Assembly: GCA_973895155.1 (NCBI GenBank) | Contig: OZ316892.1 | Location: forward strand, 12,092,238 to 12,156,237 | Direction: 5' to 3' | Length of the DNA stretch: 64,000 bases | From: Marsupella aquatica | Taxonomy: Eukaryota; Plantae; Marchantiophyta | Shown here: positions 1 to 12,094 of the stretch, in pieces | Layout of the letters: each line of letters starts with the position of its first letter | Numbering within the stretch: the stretch's first letter is position 1 | Position numbers and translations under genes: made by a program | The notes under the pieces: generated by a model | Told to the model about the DNA's origin: nothing | The model's input: the letters and a program-made list of their open reading frames with translations, nothing else | Databases searched by the model: none

Positions 1-2960
1 CCAAAGCCGTATGACTTGGGAGTGATTTCCCCAAAGTTTCATCATGCCTTAGGTAAATGCAAAAATATGATTCAACATTAATTATGGTGCAACTAATGGT
101 TGAAGAATAGTAAATATAATATCCCGCACCTAGTAGAGGGGTTTCCAGCCCCATGTGGGGCCACATGGCACTCTAGGGCCCACCTCCAGCACCTAGCCTC
201 AAACTGGTCATTTATGTTTGTCTTCAATGACTCCACGAAGGACCCCCTCAAATAACAACAAATCCCGTCATTTGACTTATATGACATTCCATATGACGGT
301 TTCAATGGTCAACCCTATTTGTAATCATTGGTATTTATGACATCATGTCATTGTTCACAAATGACCCAATGAAGGCCCTAGTACCGGGCCTAGTACCTCC
401 AAAGAGAGCCCCCAATAGATTCCTTGCAAGGTTGGAATATTCCTCTTTCCTAAACCCGCACCCACACGATACAGGGAAGCACGACTCCCCTGCCCATTCC
501 ATTGGTGCAGCACCACCTCTTGGAGAACCACAAAACAACCCTAAACCCCAAAGGTGCATCATGCCTTAAGTAAACACAAAAACATGTGTCCAAAGTGTTT
601 ATGTCGCAACTAGTGGTTGGACAATGATGAGTATAGTGTCCCGCACCTAGTGGAGGGGTTCTCACCTCTATGTGGGGCCCCATGGCACTCTAGGGCCCAC
701 CTCCAACCCCTAGCCCCAAAATGGTCATTTGTGCTTTTCCTTAATGACTGCATGAGGGACCCCTCAAATGACAATAATTCAGGTCATTCCGCTTATATGA
801 CATGCAATGTGACCATTTTAATGACCTTTGTTGTAGTAATTGGCATTTATGACGGGCAATTGCTCACATATGACCCAATAAAGGCCCTAGTACCTCCAAA
901 GAGAGCCAACTTTAGATTCCTTGCAAGGTTGGAATATTCCTATACCCTAATCCCGCACCCACATCATGCGGAGAAGCACCACTCCCCTGCCCATTCCATT
1001 GGTGCAACACTACCTCTTGGAGAACCAAAAAATAGGTTTTATTTGCCTTTGGATGTGATGGTATACATCCATGGTTGCACTTTTGGCAAATCACTCCAAA
1101 GTCGTACGACTTGGGAGTGATTTCCCCAAAGGTGCATCATGCCTCAAGTAAACGCAAAAACATGTGTCCAAAGTGTTTATGTCGCAACTAGTGGTTGGAC
1201 AATGATGAATATAGTGTCCCGCACCCAGTGGAGGGGTTCTCACCTCTATGTGGGGCCCCATGGCACTCTAGGGCCCACCTCAAGCCCCTAGCCCCAAACT
1301 GGTCATTTGTGCTTTTCCTTAATGACTGCATGAGGGACCCCTAAAATGACCACATATCCAGTCATTTGACTGATATGACTCTCCATATGACATTTTTAAT
1401 GACCCTAATTTTAGTCATTGGCATTTATGACGGGCCATTGCTCACATATGACCCAATAAAGGCCCTAGTACCTCCAAAGAGAGCCAGCTTTAGATTCCTT
1501 GCAAGGTTGGAATATTCCTATACCCTAATCCCACACCCACACCATGCAGAGAAGCAGGACTCCCCTGCCCATTCCATTGGTGCAGCACTACCTCTTGGAG
1601 AACCAAAAATATGTTTTATTTGCCTTTGGATGTGATGGTATACATCCATGGTTGAACTTTTGGCACGACTTGGGAGTGATTTCCCCAAAGTGCATCATGC
1701 CTCAAGTAAACGCAAAAACACGTGTCCAAAGTGTTTATGTCACAACTAGTGGTTGGACAATGATGAGTATAGTGTCCCGCACCTAGTGGAGGGGTTCACC
1801 TCTATGTGGGGCCCCATGGCACTCTAGGGCCCACCTCAAGCCCCTAGCCCCAAACTGGTCATTTGTGCTTTTCCTTTTAATGACTGCATAAGGGACCCCT
1901 CAAATGACCACAAATCCAATCATTAGACTGATATGACTCTCCATATGACAGTTTTAATGACCCTACTTTTAGTCATTGGCATTTATGACGGGCCATTGCT
2001 CACATATGACCCAATAAAGGCCCTAGTACCTCCAACTAGAGCCAGCTTTAGATTCCTTGCAAGATTGGAATATTCCTATACCCTAATCCCGCACCCACAC
2101 CATATTGAGAAACACGACTCCCCTGCCCATTCCATTGGTGTAGCACTACCTCTTGGAGAACCAAAAAACAACTTTTATTTGCCTTTGGATGTGATGGTAT
2201 GCATACATGGTGACACTTTTGGCAAATCACTCCGAAGTCATACGACTTGGGAGTGATTTCCCCAAAGGTGCATCATGCCTGAAGTAAGCGCAAAAACATG
2301 TGTCCAAAGTGTTTATGTCGCAACTAGTGGTTGGACAATGATGAGTATAGTGTCCCGCACCTAGTGGAGGGGTTCTCACCTCTATGTGGGGCCCCATGGC
2401 ACTCTAGGGCCCACCTCAAGCCCCCAGCCCCAAACTGGTCATTTGTGCTTGTGTTTAATGACTGCATGAGGGACCACACAAATAACCACAAGTCCAGTCA
2501 CTTGACTTATATGACAGTCCATATGACAAATTTAATGACCCTACTTGTAGTCATTGGTATTTGTAATGCAAATGTTTTTAGAAATGACCCAATAAAGATT
2601 ACACAAGCTCCTTGAATGCCCCATCACTATTTATTTGCAAATTAAAATATTCCCCATCCAAACACCGGCACAAACATGACACAATTACAACAAAGGATGA
2701 CAACCTTCCATTGGTATTGCCCTACTTCTTGGAGAGACAAAAAGGTTTCATTTGCCTTTGGATACGGTAGTATGCGCGCATCTATATATGGTGACACTTA
2801 TGGAAAATCACTCCAAAGGTGTATGACTTGGGAGTGATTTCCCCAAAGCTAGGTGCATCATGCCTAAAGTAAATGCAAGACATGTGTTCAAATTGCTAAT
2901 GCCCCAACCAGTGGGAGGACAATGATGAGTATTGTGTCCCGCACTTAGTGGAAGGGTTAT
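1..2960. repeat. Tandem array of ~560-590 bp units (~5 copies) inside a CACTA element
   Basis: GACTTGGGAGTGATTTCCCCAAAG recurs at ~13, 1108, 1667, 2244 and 2825. GGTTGGACAATGATGAGTATAGTGTCCCGCAC recurs at ~614, 1192, 1751 and 2329. Confidence 0.92.
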
Positions 2961-3049
2961 CAACTATATCAATGACTCTACAATTATGACCGGTGTCTGG
3001 AATGACTATTGAGTATTTTAATCTTCATATCTCTTGGGTTCTTTAATGA

Positions 3050-3480
3050 CTCTATAAGTAGTCATTTATGCAATAAGTCCATAATGACTATATGTTATTG
3101 TAAATATTGATATATCATGATTTTTAGATTGACCCTATATTTAGTCATTTATGCAACAAGTCCATAATGACAGTATATTGTTGTAAACACCGATATATCC
3201 TAATTTCAAGTTTGACTCTAGAGTTAGTCATTTATGAGAGAAGTCCATAATGACGGTATGTTCTTGTAAACACTGATATGTCCTAATTTCAAGATTGACC
3301 CTAGAGTTAGTCATTTATGAGAGAAGTCCATAATGACGGTATGTTCTTGTAAACACTGATATGTCCTAATTTCAAGATTGACCCTAGAGTTAGTCATTTA
3401 TGGGAGAAGTCCATAATGACAATATGTTGTTGTAAACATTGATATATTCTCATTTTCAGATTGACCCTATATTTTGTCAT
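3050..3480. repeat. 83-bp tandem subterminal repeat
   Basis: GAGTTAGTCATTTATGAGAGAAGTCCATAATGAC recurs at ~3221, 3304 and 3387, with degenerate copies on both sides. The region is rich in ATGAC/GTCAT motifs. Confidence 0.85.
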
Positions 3481-3871
3481 TTAACACCGTTGGTTAAAAT
3501 GACGGTAATACATTTTTTGTCATTTATCACCGTTGTCCAAAATGACTCAAATAGATTTTTGGTCATTTCAATCATTGTCCAGAGTGACTATAATGTTGTT
3601 AAACATTGATTTATCATTGTTGTTATTAATTGCGTCATTTAAGACATGTGTCTAAATTGACCATTTAGGGAAATTGGGTCATTTTGGTCACATCAGTCAT
3701 TACAGACATTATACAAAATGACGCAAAAGTTAACATTTTGTCATTTCAGTCCATTGGTCATTGTGGACAGTCATTCCCCTGTCATTCTTTTTGTGTCATT
3801 AAAAATTTTGGTCATTTATTCATCTCCGTCATTGGGTGATTGGTCATAAAGGGCCCTGTTTTCTTCTAGTG

Positions 3872-4360
3872 TATAAATCCCCTTTATTGACCCCCACCCC
3901 CAAGTTGTATCCAAACCGACTCACCCTTGACATATAAACCCCCCTAAACCCCCTTTAGTGGTGACCCCCCACACCCTTCACATATAACCGGCCCACCCTT
4001 GAGACGTAAACCCCCCCTAAACCCACTATGGAGTTTATGAGACATTAGGGCATTTAGACATTTATTGAGTTTGTACGTGTTCAATATAGCGGGACGTAAA
4101 GTCCCCCCATATGGCCATTATCAAATTAAAGTTGACAACTAAACCCCACAACCATCATGTGTGAGAGTGTTCACCCTTTCACAAACTAGGGTACGTGGAA
4201 ACTTTTGATAGTCTTATCCTAAACCAAAAAGCACTCACAGTCTTTTGTAGTGTTCATGTGAACCGGTGCAATGGTTTTGAGTCATTTGAAGTTGCAAAAA
4301 AGGACTTAGTGGCCTTAGTCCTATAAGGTTTGGTCTAAATTGCCCCGGTTTCTACTAGTG
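3872..4360. mobile_element. CACTA family A, right end
   Basis: Ends GGTCTAAATTGCCCCGGTTTCTACTAGTG at 4360 (reverse complement CACTAGTAGAAACCGGGGCAATTTAGACC), matching the TIR at 44497. Sequence 3872-4030 is homologous to 60805-60889. Confidence 0.85.
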
Positions 4361-5494
4361 ACATGAGCTTAACTTTGTGGTTCTTATTCCTTACATTGTA
4401 CATGCAAGCTTAGCACTTTTGTTGTTTGACTTAGAGTGTTTGGGGATTTTATACACTTGTGAATTTACTAAGACCCATAATTTGGACCCATTCTTGATCC
4501 ATTTTTCTCTATCATGAGATTAGATCTTTGCATCAAGTGACCTATTCTAGTTACCCTGTTACATTCCCCTAGAGAAACCAATAGAAATTTGGCAGGGGTC
4601 ATTCGTCAATAGTAAAGCCTTCCTTCATTAGATTTGATATGGGATAATATTATGGCTTATTAGTTATTGATGATATTTTGGTCCTTCCAAAGCCTTAGCA
4701 TCAATGGCTCTTGATTGTCTCATCTTTTATCAACTATGTTGTTGTTGGACTTGCAACAAAGACTACATGGGAGAAGCAATCTCCTTCTAGATGATGTATT
4801 TTGGACTTGGCTGCATGTTGAGCACATATTTCCTTAAGGGAACAATATGTTGGGTCTTGGAAGGAGGCAAAAACAACACTCAAGTCCATTTGTCTCAAGT
4901 ATAAAGTTATTCATGCATGCAAGAATGATTGCATCTTTTGGGAAGAGTATGTCGGTGCAACCACATACCCCATCTAACACATCAAAACTTTTCATTCTAA
5001 CACAATCAAAATTTGTCTTTTTGCCACAACCAGACTTTCCCATGCTCCCAGCATCGGACTTTCCCATTCTTCTAGCATCGGACTTTCCCATTCTTCTAGC
5101 ATCGGACTTTCCCATACTCCCAGCATCGGACTTTCCCATTCTCCCAGCATCGGACTTTGCCATGTTAGCACAATCGGATATAATATCCGTTCTTATTAAC
5201 TATGGAACTTTTCCGATCAATATTGTAACGCACATCATTTTCGTTACAAAAAACGTCGGACATATCAATCAAAGTTTTTGTTGAGGGATCCGATGTGTTT
5301 TCTAACGGATATGATCCGTTTTTTAACGCATCGGAAAGGTTCCGTTGTCAATTATATCAGAAATGAAGATATCCGAAGCCGAGAGTATGGCATATTGCCA
5401 TTTTGTGATAATCGGAATTTCCGATGCTAAAAGAATCGGACGCCAATTGTTCGCAAAAATTGAGCATCGGAAATCAGCTTAATGTGTACTAGTG
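4361..5494. mobile_element. CACTA family D, right end, inserted into copia pol
   Basis: Ends ...AATGTGTACTAGTG at 5494, with many ATCGGA/TCCGAT subterminal motifs at 5050-5472. The copia protease reading frame breaks exactly at this junction. Confidence 0.78.
5032..5163. repeat. 24-bp minisatellite (~5.5 copies)
   Basis: GACTTTCCCATTCTCCCAGCATCG-like unit in tandem, carrying the ATCGGA subterminal motif of family D. Confidence 0.9.
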
Positions 5495-7120
5495 ATTTGT
5501 ATCCAACACACCGAGTGAAATTGAATTCTTACGCATGCCAGGTACAAACCTGACCCCGGACACTGTGCGCACAATGCCATCAAACATTTGAATCTTTACA
5601 GATTCAATACCCTCAATTCGACAAGAGTGATCATTTCCCATCAAAACTGAACCGTTTGACACAGAATAAGAATCCACACATCGTTTGCTCTCCTAGATGT
5701 TGTGCACAGGGCATACTCTTGGCTTCATAAAACATACTCATCATTGAGTAAATCAACTTCTCCATCAGCACTAGCCACATTGGCTGATGAAGATCAGCTG
5801 CCTTATCCTTACAATCCCTCTTAACGTGATCAACCTTGTGACACTTCCAGCAGACTACTGGCTTTCTCTCTTGGGACTTCCCCCTTGAAGAAAATCTTGT
5901 CCTAGATTTATTTCGTCCCTTGCCATTCAATTGCTGCTCGGGACGCTTCTATGACCTCCCACGATTCACATTCAAGGCAGCACCAGACGACAATGCTATC
6001 TGGGATTGACCCAATTTCTTCTGTGAATCATCTGACAGCAAAGAGCTTACCACCTCATCGTATGAAATAGACTTCAGGTCTCTATACAAGAGAACCTGCT
6101 TCAAACCCTGATAAGATGGGGGTAATGAGTTGAGAAGAAGCAAGGCCTTGTCCTCTTCTTCAACGCCCTTACCGAGATTAGACAAATCAATAGCTAGGCT
6201 ATCGAATTCATCCAAGTGATCCTAAAGTTTGTTCCCTTCTTTGAACCTAAGGCTCATCAAGAGAGACTTCTTGTACAATCGATCTGATGCATACTTCTGA
6301 TAGTACTTCTCCCTTAGGGCTTTGAACAGAGATGCACAATCCGCGTAGTCATCCAACTTCTTGATGATATGCGGCTTCAAATAAAGCATCACCGCATTCA
6401 CTACAATAACTTGTTCCTGCCTCCACCTCTTTAGTGGAATCTCCTCCTCATCATCGTACATCTCTCGTGTAGAGATGATCTAGTCCCATAGCACGAAGAA
6501 CTCCTTTCACTTGCTTCTCCCAGAGCAAGTAGTCCGTACGCCCATCATATTTTTCCACCTCAAACTTAACACCTCCAAACCTGGATGCCATATCTTTTTC
6601 CTTCACAATCCCCTCTATTTGCTGCACCGGTGATCGTATCGCTATCGCATGCGCTTCCTCTTGCTCCTCTCTCTCCTCCTCAAACCATCGTGGTGATCCT
6701 CGTGCTTCAAGATCCACTTCTTCAAAAATCTCCTCCAAATCACTCATGTGAGAATGCAAGAAAAAATAACATTTTTTCAACTTCTTCAAAAAACTCAAAA
6801 CTTATCACCACCACGTAGCCCACGAGCCTAGCTTTCCAATGCTGAAAACCAAAATCAAAATCGAACTCCGACGTAAAAGTTATTCACTTTTTGGTTGGGG
6901 TGGGTAAAACTTGGAATTCTTCCCCGTTTTGACCACCTCGGGGAATAACCAAAATGTGAACTAGTCCTCGACATCGGATTTGCAATTCAATTTATGCACC
7001 GCGTTGCCAACTTCGATGGCTAGCAACTTGCCAAAGACGAACGGAAAAAGTTACCTTTCGGCGGACAGAATCTTCGACGGACGGACAAAAAATAGCTCTC
7101 TGGTTTTTTGGAATATTCTA
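5495..7120 (-). mobile_element. Truncated, degenerate Ty1/copia (gag, zinc knuckle, protease, 5' leader), related to the copia at 29978-36833
   Basis: Fragments include VEKYDGRTDYLLWEKQVKG, EDKALLLLNSLPPSY, CWKCHKVDHVKRDC and GSVLMGN...ISLGVLD, with stops and frameshifts. The leader at 6720-7120 is homologous to 34790-35170. No LTR or PBS was found. Confidence 0.9.
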
Positions 7121-7894
7121 CGACCCTTGTACAGGCTCGGTGAGGATTTTGGAAGAGCAATCAAGGGGTTAACACGTGTATTCAAACCTCCAAAACCCCC
7201 TACCACCCTTCGTCCTCGAAATCTGGTCGCACGCGCAGAAAATACTCATGGCAAAATGTACCCCTCGACACCAAACGCAAGACATCTCACTTGGGTTTTG
7301 ACAAAATCAGGATCTGATTTCAGATTTGGAAACTAGACTCCGAGGCGGTGAAAATCGATATAAGAAGCACCCAAAATGAGGAAAGAACAAGGGAGAAACA
7401 AATTGGTAAAGATGACAGATTTTTTTCAATTGCCTTAGCCAATTTCGAATCAATTTTTCAAAGAGAAAAAAATGGTACCTTGTCAACAACGAATGTTGAT
7501 GAATTGCACTCAGTGCTGTCACCAAGTCCAACAAGGTAATTGATTTCTCTTAGATCAATGATTTCACTAATTCTAGAAATTCTTTTTTCCAAAGTGGCTT
7601 GGTAAAATTTCCAAATTAAATAAATACATTATCCAACAACCTTAAATGAAGTTTCCAAAACTTGGAACTGGAATTTCTAGAACACTCTTTCAAGTTTCCT
7701 AAACACCAATTGAAATTTCCAAATCCATGTAAAATACATTTTTGGCGTACGAATTTGGTGGAGAATAGTCATATGAGTAATGTCACATTTTCATTGTCAC
7801 CCACTAACGGGAACCATACAGAAGTCCATAACAATTGTTTACTTATAATAGACCTCCCCTCAATATTCCAAGTCTCCAAATTTTTAAATAACGA

Positions 7895-8946
7895 TCATTG
7901 AATGTGTGTTGCTACAAAACATATTTGAGCAAGTAAGTCTACTTCTTGATCAAACTTTCTATCTCGGTTGCAAGCGTCTTTAGGATACAAGTTTCTAAAC
8001 TTATAAGTAAGGTCCCTAGTTTTTAGGACTTCCCAAACAAATTGTCGCTTATTTTGTAAATATGGGCCGGAATAACCATCTCCAAGTAGACCTTTAGCAA
8101 TTGAATTGATGTCACGGTCACTCATATCCTGCACCGGTGGCAAACTTTGCACGGTATGCTTCACTTCCTAGGAAATCTCGTCTGCCGAGTGATCAAGGAC
8201 AGTGAAATTATCGACGATGCCAGCAACGCGGTGCCCCCAGGCTTGAGTGAGTCTTGCAAAGATATCACAATGCCTCCTTTGGGCTTCACCCTTCTTGTAG
8301 GCGGACCATTTTGGGTAGTTAACATTCAGAAAGTGTCTTACATCAAAAGCATTGTGCATTCTTTGAAGAAGTGGAAGCAATATCTCCATCAGAAAAGTGT
8401 CGCCTCCCATGTTGTGAACAAACAGAACTGGAAACAACGTGTTAACATTGGATTCGCGAAACACTTCAGAGGAGAGTCATCGATGAGAACAGTATTTGTC
8501 GAACCATATCTATTGCCAAAGCGATCCCAAACAGTTTGGATTTCCTTGAGAAGTATGTTTGCCTTCCCATCCGTAATATCTGACCTCAAAAAGCCAATGT
8601 CAAACATTTCTTCTTGGGTGAATACAAACTTGAACTGCTTTCGTTCAGCATCGTTGAAAACAAGATCCATCATTTCATTTGTTCTCGGCCTTCCCGCGCA
8701 AGTCCAAATTGCGACATCGTAATACCTGAAAATCACTTGTAAAAATTTGTGAAGACCTGGACGCTCCACATACATAAATGTGTTCCCGCCCCGTCTTCCC
8801 CTGTGAACGCCCCTCACAGATGTGAGCCTCCAAAATGGTCCGGAGCTTTTACTCTTTACGGAATTGAAACAAACCTTATTAAGGTAAAAAATCAAGAGCT
8901 TTCGCTTGATCTCTGAGTGGAGTTTGGGAACAAACTCTGCAAACAT
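7895..8946 (-). pseudogene. FCP1/SCP (NIF, HAD-family) phosphatase-like domain, frameshifted
   Basis: KLLIFYLN (motif I position, with the catalytic Asp replaced), ERPGLHKFL...YDVAIWT, and NTVLIDDSPLKCFANP (motif IV). The sequence continues through frameshifted ORFs 8168-8464 and 7895-8164. Confidence 0.78.
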
Positions 8947-9047
8947 AAAATAATCAAATCCGGATGGTTAGTCATTGGAACAGTCTTGACCAAAGACCAT
9001 TTGAAGTCAAGTCAGTCCTTGAAATCAAATACCCCGTCTATCACCCT

Positions 9048-10432
9048 CTACACGCGTCTCGTGCAGAAATCACTGTATTGCGGAGGAAAGCTCAATCTAT
9101 TCCTGAATAGACTTAAAATGATTTCTCTCCTCTCCAAATCTATGTCCTCTCCTGTGAAATCAAAAGGAAGGTCCAAACTACGGTAGTTTGCAAACTTCAT
9201 AACTAACACACCACAATTATAGTAATCAGTTTGTCTTGGGATGTCCTTGGGACTATGTTTTGGCCATAGAGTAGCTAAGACTTGCTTGTGACTTCTGCTT
9301 TGAATTTCATCCTCGACATATCTGGCTAAGTTTTCAAGAACCTCTGGCCTATTGTTATGCAGAGAATCGAGATATTCTAAATACTTGTGTTCCATGTCAA
9401 TCACAACTAACGCCCAATGATCGCCACCTTCGTGAATGGGGACGAATATTCGATGACAATCAATTAAGAAAAATATTTCAGTCGTGAAGTCCAAGCCTCC
9501 ACGGATCGGTAAGAGTAGCCATTCGACGTCAGTGGAGTATAGAACCAACTGTCAAACACATGGCACTTCAGAAGCTCCCTGTCGGGATGTTCATTCCTCT
9601 CCACTATGAGACTTAAGTAGGCACTTAGAATATCGGAACTTATCCAATTTCTAGGACTCAGGCACCTCATCTGTCCACGAGTTATTAGGCACCCATTAGT
9701 CCTGACTAGAACCGCATCCTGATCCAACAGATCATTGAGGCAATTGTCAATCCTCGTTTTGTTATCCATTGGATCCGGAGACGGGAGAGGACATTTGTTT
9801 ATGTTTAGAGCTTTATGACTTGAGACAAGAGAGAGGAAATTGGCACCTGCCTCATTGGTTGCCTCCGCACGATCGACTCGCCTCTCTGACACCTCAGGAA
9901 GATTCACTATGAGAGAAAATGAGTTATCATTCTCTCTTGTTACTTCAGCGCTACGAGAGTCAATATTGTCATCGCATTGAAATTCAATCGGAGTGTGATC
10001 TTTTCCCACAATCCCAATCTCCTCCACAACAATCTCTTTTAAGGATCCACAATCCACCACCCCCTTCTCGACATCCTTGAGTGTAGTTTTTGCCTCACAA
10101 TCATCAAAAACTGGGCCACTTTGAAGAACTGAAGCATCAACCAAAAGAGATTGCTCAACACCTCTGTTGCACTCTAACCCTAGAGGGTCAAATGAATTTT
10201 GAGGATCTACACGATACGTGTGTAGGGAGACATCATCCACAACATCTTCCAAAGTTTTGTTGAATGCAATCAACCTCGTGCCCGCCTGTAAGTTTTCAGA
10301 ATTATCTGCCAAGTTACCATAACCTCCTTCAGCCATTAGAAGAGGAAATCCTTTGCGACTTGCAATTGGAACGACTGATGGACCAATTCTCATCTCCCCA
10401 ATGGAACTTAGAAACTTTTCCTCCACTTCCAC
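9048..10432 (-). pseudogene. Ulp1/SENP (peptidase C48) SUMO protease, one frameshift near 9500
   Basis: CLSPRNWISSDILSAYL, FDSWFY, IFVPIHEGGDHWALVVID...YLDSL and PRQTDYYNCGV, giving the His-Asp-Cys triad and the oxyanion Gln. Confidence 0.9.
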
Positions 10433-10462
10433 CCCGGTGTAATGTAAAACTGTACCGACAAT

Positions 10463-11983
10463 CTAATAATGATGGCCCTCTTTTGCTCCACTAGCATTGG
10501 AGTTTTGAGTCGAACTCCCTTCAAGGCCAGGAGGTTTCCACAATGATTTGGCAAACTGTGCAACTGGAACTAACAATTTAAGATTCTCTGCATAAGCTGT
10601 GAGGTCATAGACATCCTCACGGTCAGAGCAGAATGAAAAACACTCACGCTCAAGCATCAATGCATTCTTCAGTACCTGCCCTCCTGTGAAAAAATCCAGG
10701 ACAATTTCCTCCCTCAAAGAAAATGCATGAATAAAACTCTGTAGGATGCGATTGGGCTTAATATTCAATGTGAATGGTCGTCCAGTCGTCAATTTGAAAG
10801 GAACAAGGCCTTCAAGTCGTGAGATCAATGTGTCCCTTTTTTCTCCTGCATATCTTCCTTCGAAATATCGGAATAATCCTCTCGACTTGGCTTGATTGTC
10901 TCCTCCAGGTCGGACTCCTCCAACACAAAGTGTCCGGTAAAATCCTTGAAATGCTTTTCCCAATCAGGAACCCAATCTTGGGAGACGCCAAGGAAAAGAA
11001 CCATGTCCGCATCGCCTCTCATGTGTTGCAAAGGAGCATTAACCAAATAACTCCTCATGAACGAACCATATTCAAGGTGCGCATTATAGTTCTCCGGGAG
11101 ATCTCGAACAGCTTCAATTATTCTTGCAAGAATAATACCAAGACAAACCAAAAAAACAACTGTTACCAGATCATTTGTTGGGATATTCACGACGATCTTC
11201 AAGAAGTTCAAGATTTTGGACTGCGTCCAAACCGGTTGTATGGGTCAAATCAACAATCGCTAGAGATGCCAATATTGACTCCTTGCAGTTAGCCGAATCA
11301 AAAGGAGGATCAGCATACGCGAGCAGATTTCCAATATAGAAAACTTGGTAAGGATCCATCCTTGCGCGGAGATGGCCGCCAACCTCTTTTGATGAATATT
11401 TCTCAACCTATTTTTCAGTGGCTCCGACATCTCTGCTTTTAATGACACCTTCACAAGGCTCTTGAAATATCCAGTGTCCACCATTGCACAACAACGATCC
11501 AATTCCTCATCTGTGAAATTATATTGTTGAACTACATCACCCCAAGTTGATCCTTGCGAGAAAACCCCTTCGTACTTCTCCCAATAAAATCGAAGTATTG
11601 CCCCCTTAAGTTTGTCAATATACTTTGCTTTTCTTGCCAATTCTAACATATATGGCGGGAAGATCAGTCAAAGCATGTTTCTTTTTCATCAAAAGCGCCT
11701 CCCCCGAATTCACTTTGTGGAGGATTTCCAAGATGTTGGATTCTACGGCATCCTCAAAAACCCGGAATGTTGTCCTTGTCAACTGTTTTGCTTCTTTCGA
11801 TTCTCCAGTCATTTGTCCGGTTGAATCCACAAGATTACCCTTGAGCCAATTATTGCAAACCCCTCTCCATAAAGAGTAGAGCTTCTGGGGAGCAAACAAA
11901 ATCCAATTGTACTCGCTGATGCTATTCACCTTTAACGTAACTTTCGCAAGTGTTTCATACTCCTGGGAGGAAAGACCAAACAA
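10463..11983 (-). pseudogene. Beta-class N4-C/N6-A DNA methyltransferase-like region, frameshifted
   Basis: The C-terminal KPNRILQSFIHAFSLREEIVLDFFTGGQVLKNALMLERECF resembles motifs X-I-II (KP..LL..LI...S...D.VLDPF.GSG....A..L.R). The upstream YIGNLLAYADPPF...SLAIVDLTH lies in the motif III-IV position. Confidence 0.6.
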
Positions 11984-12094
11984 CTCAAAGTTAGTCAGCT
12001 CAAAGTTTTGAATCCCAAAATACTGGAAAGGCTCTACACGACTCTCGCGTAGAAAGGAGAGAAGGACAGAGTGTCTGAATTTTGTTCACAACTC

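Larger units (their letters stand above)
1..3871. mobile_element. CACTA (En/Spm) element, family B, right end
   Basis: Ends ...GGTCATAAAGGGCCCTGTTTTCTTCTAGTG at 3871 (reverse complement CACTAGAAGAAAACAGGGCCCTTTATGACC). Dense ATGAC/GTCAT subterminal motifs precede it. It matches the left TIR at 60890 and is followed by TAT. Confidence 0.88.

Noticed and set aside
345-2615. Recurring ORFs (YDPIKALVPPKRA...) that look like a gene family
   Set aside because: They are translations of the ~575-bp tandem repeat, with variable frames and stops and no recognisable domain.
5032-5163. 24-bp repeats as a CRISPR array or repeat protein
   Set aside because: The units are head-to-tail with no unique spacers, there are no cas genes, and the context is eukaryotic TE subterminal DNA.
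8147-8722. Plus-strand 191-aa ORF and similar antisense ORFs (19472-19999, 21863-22375, 23561-24157)
   Set aside because: They are shadows of coding sequence on the opposite strand and have no domain features.
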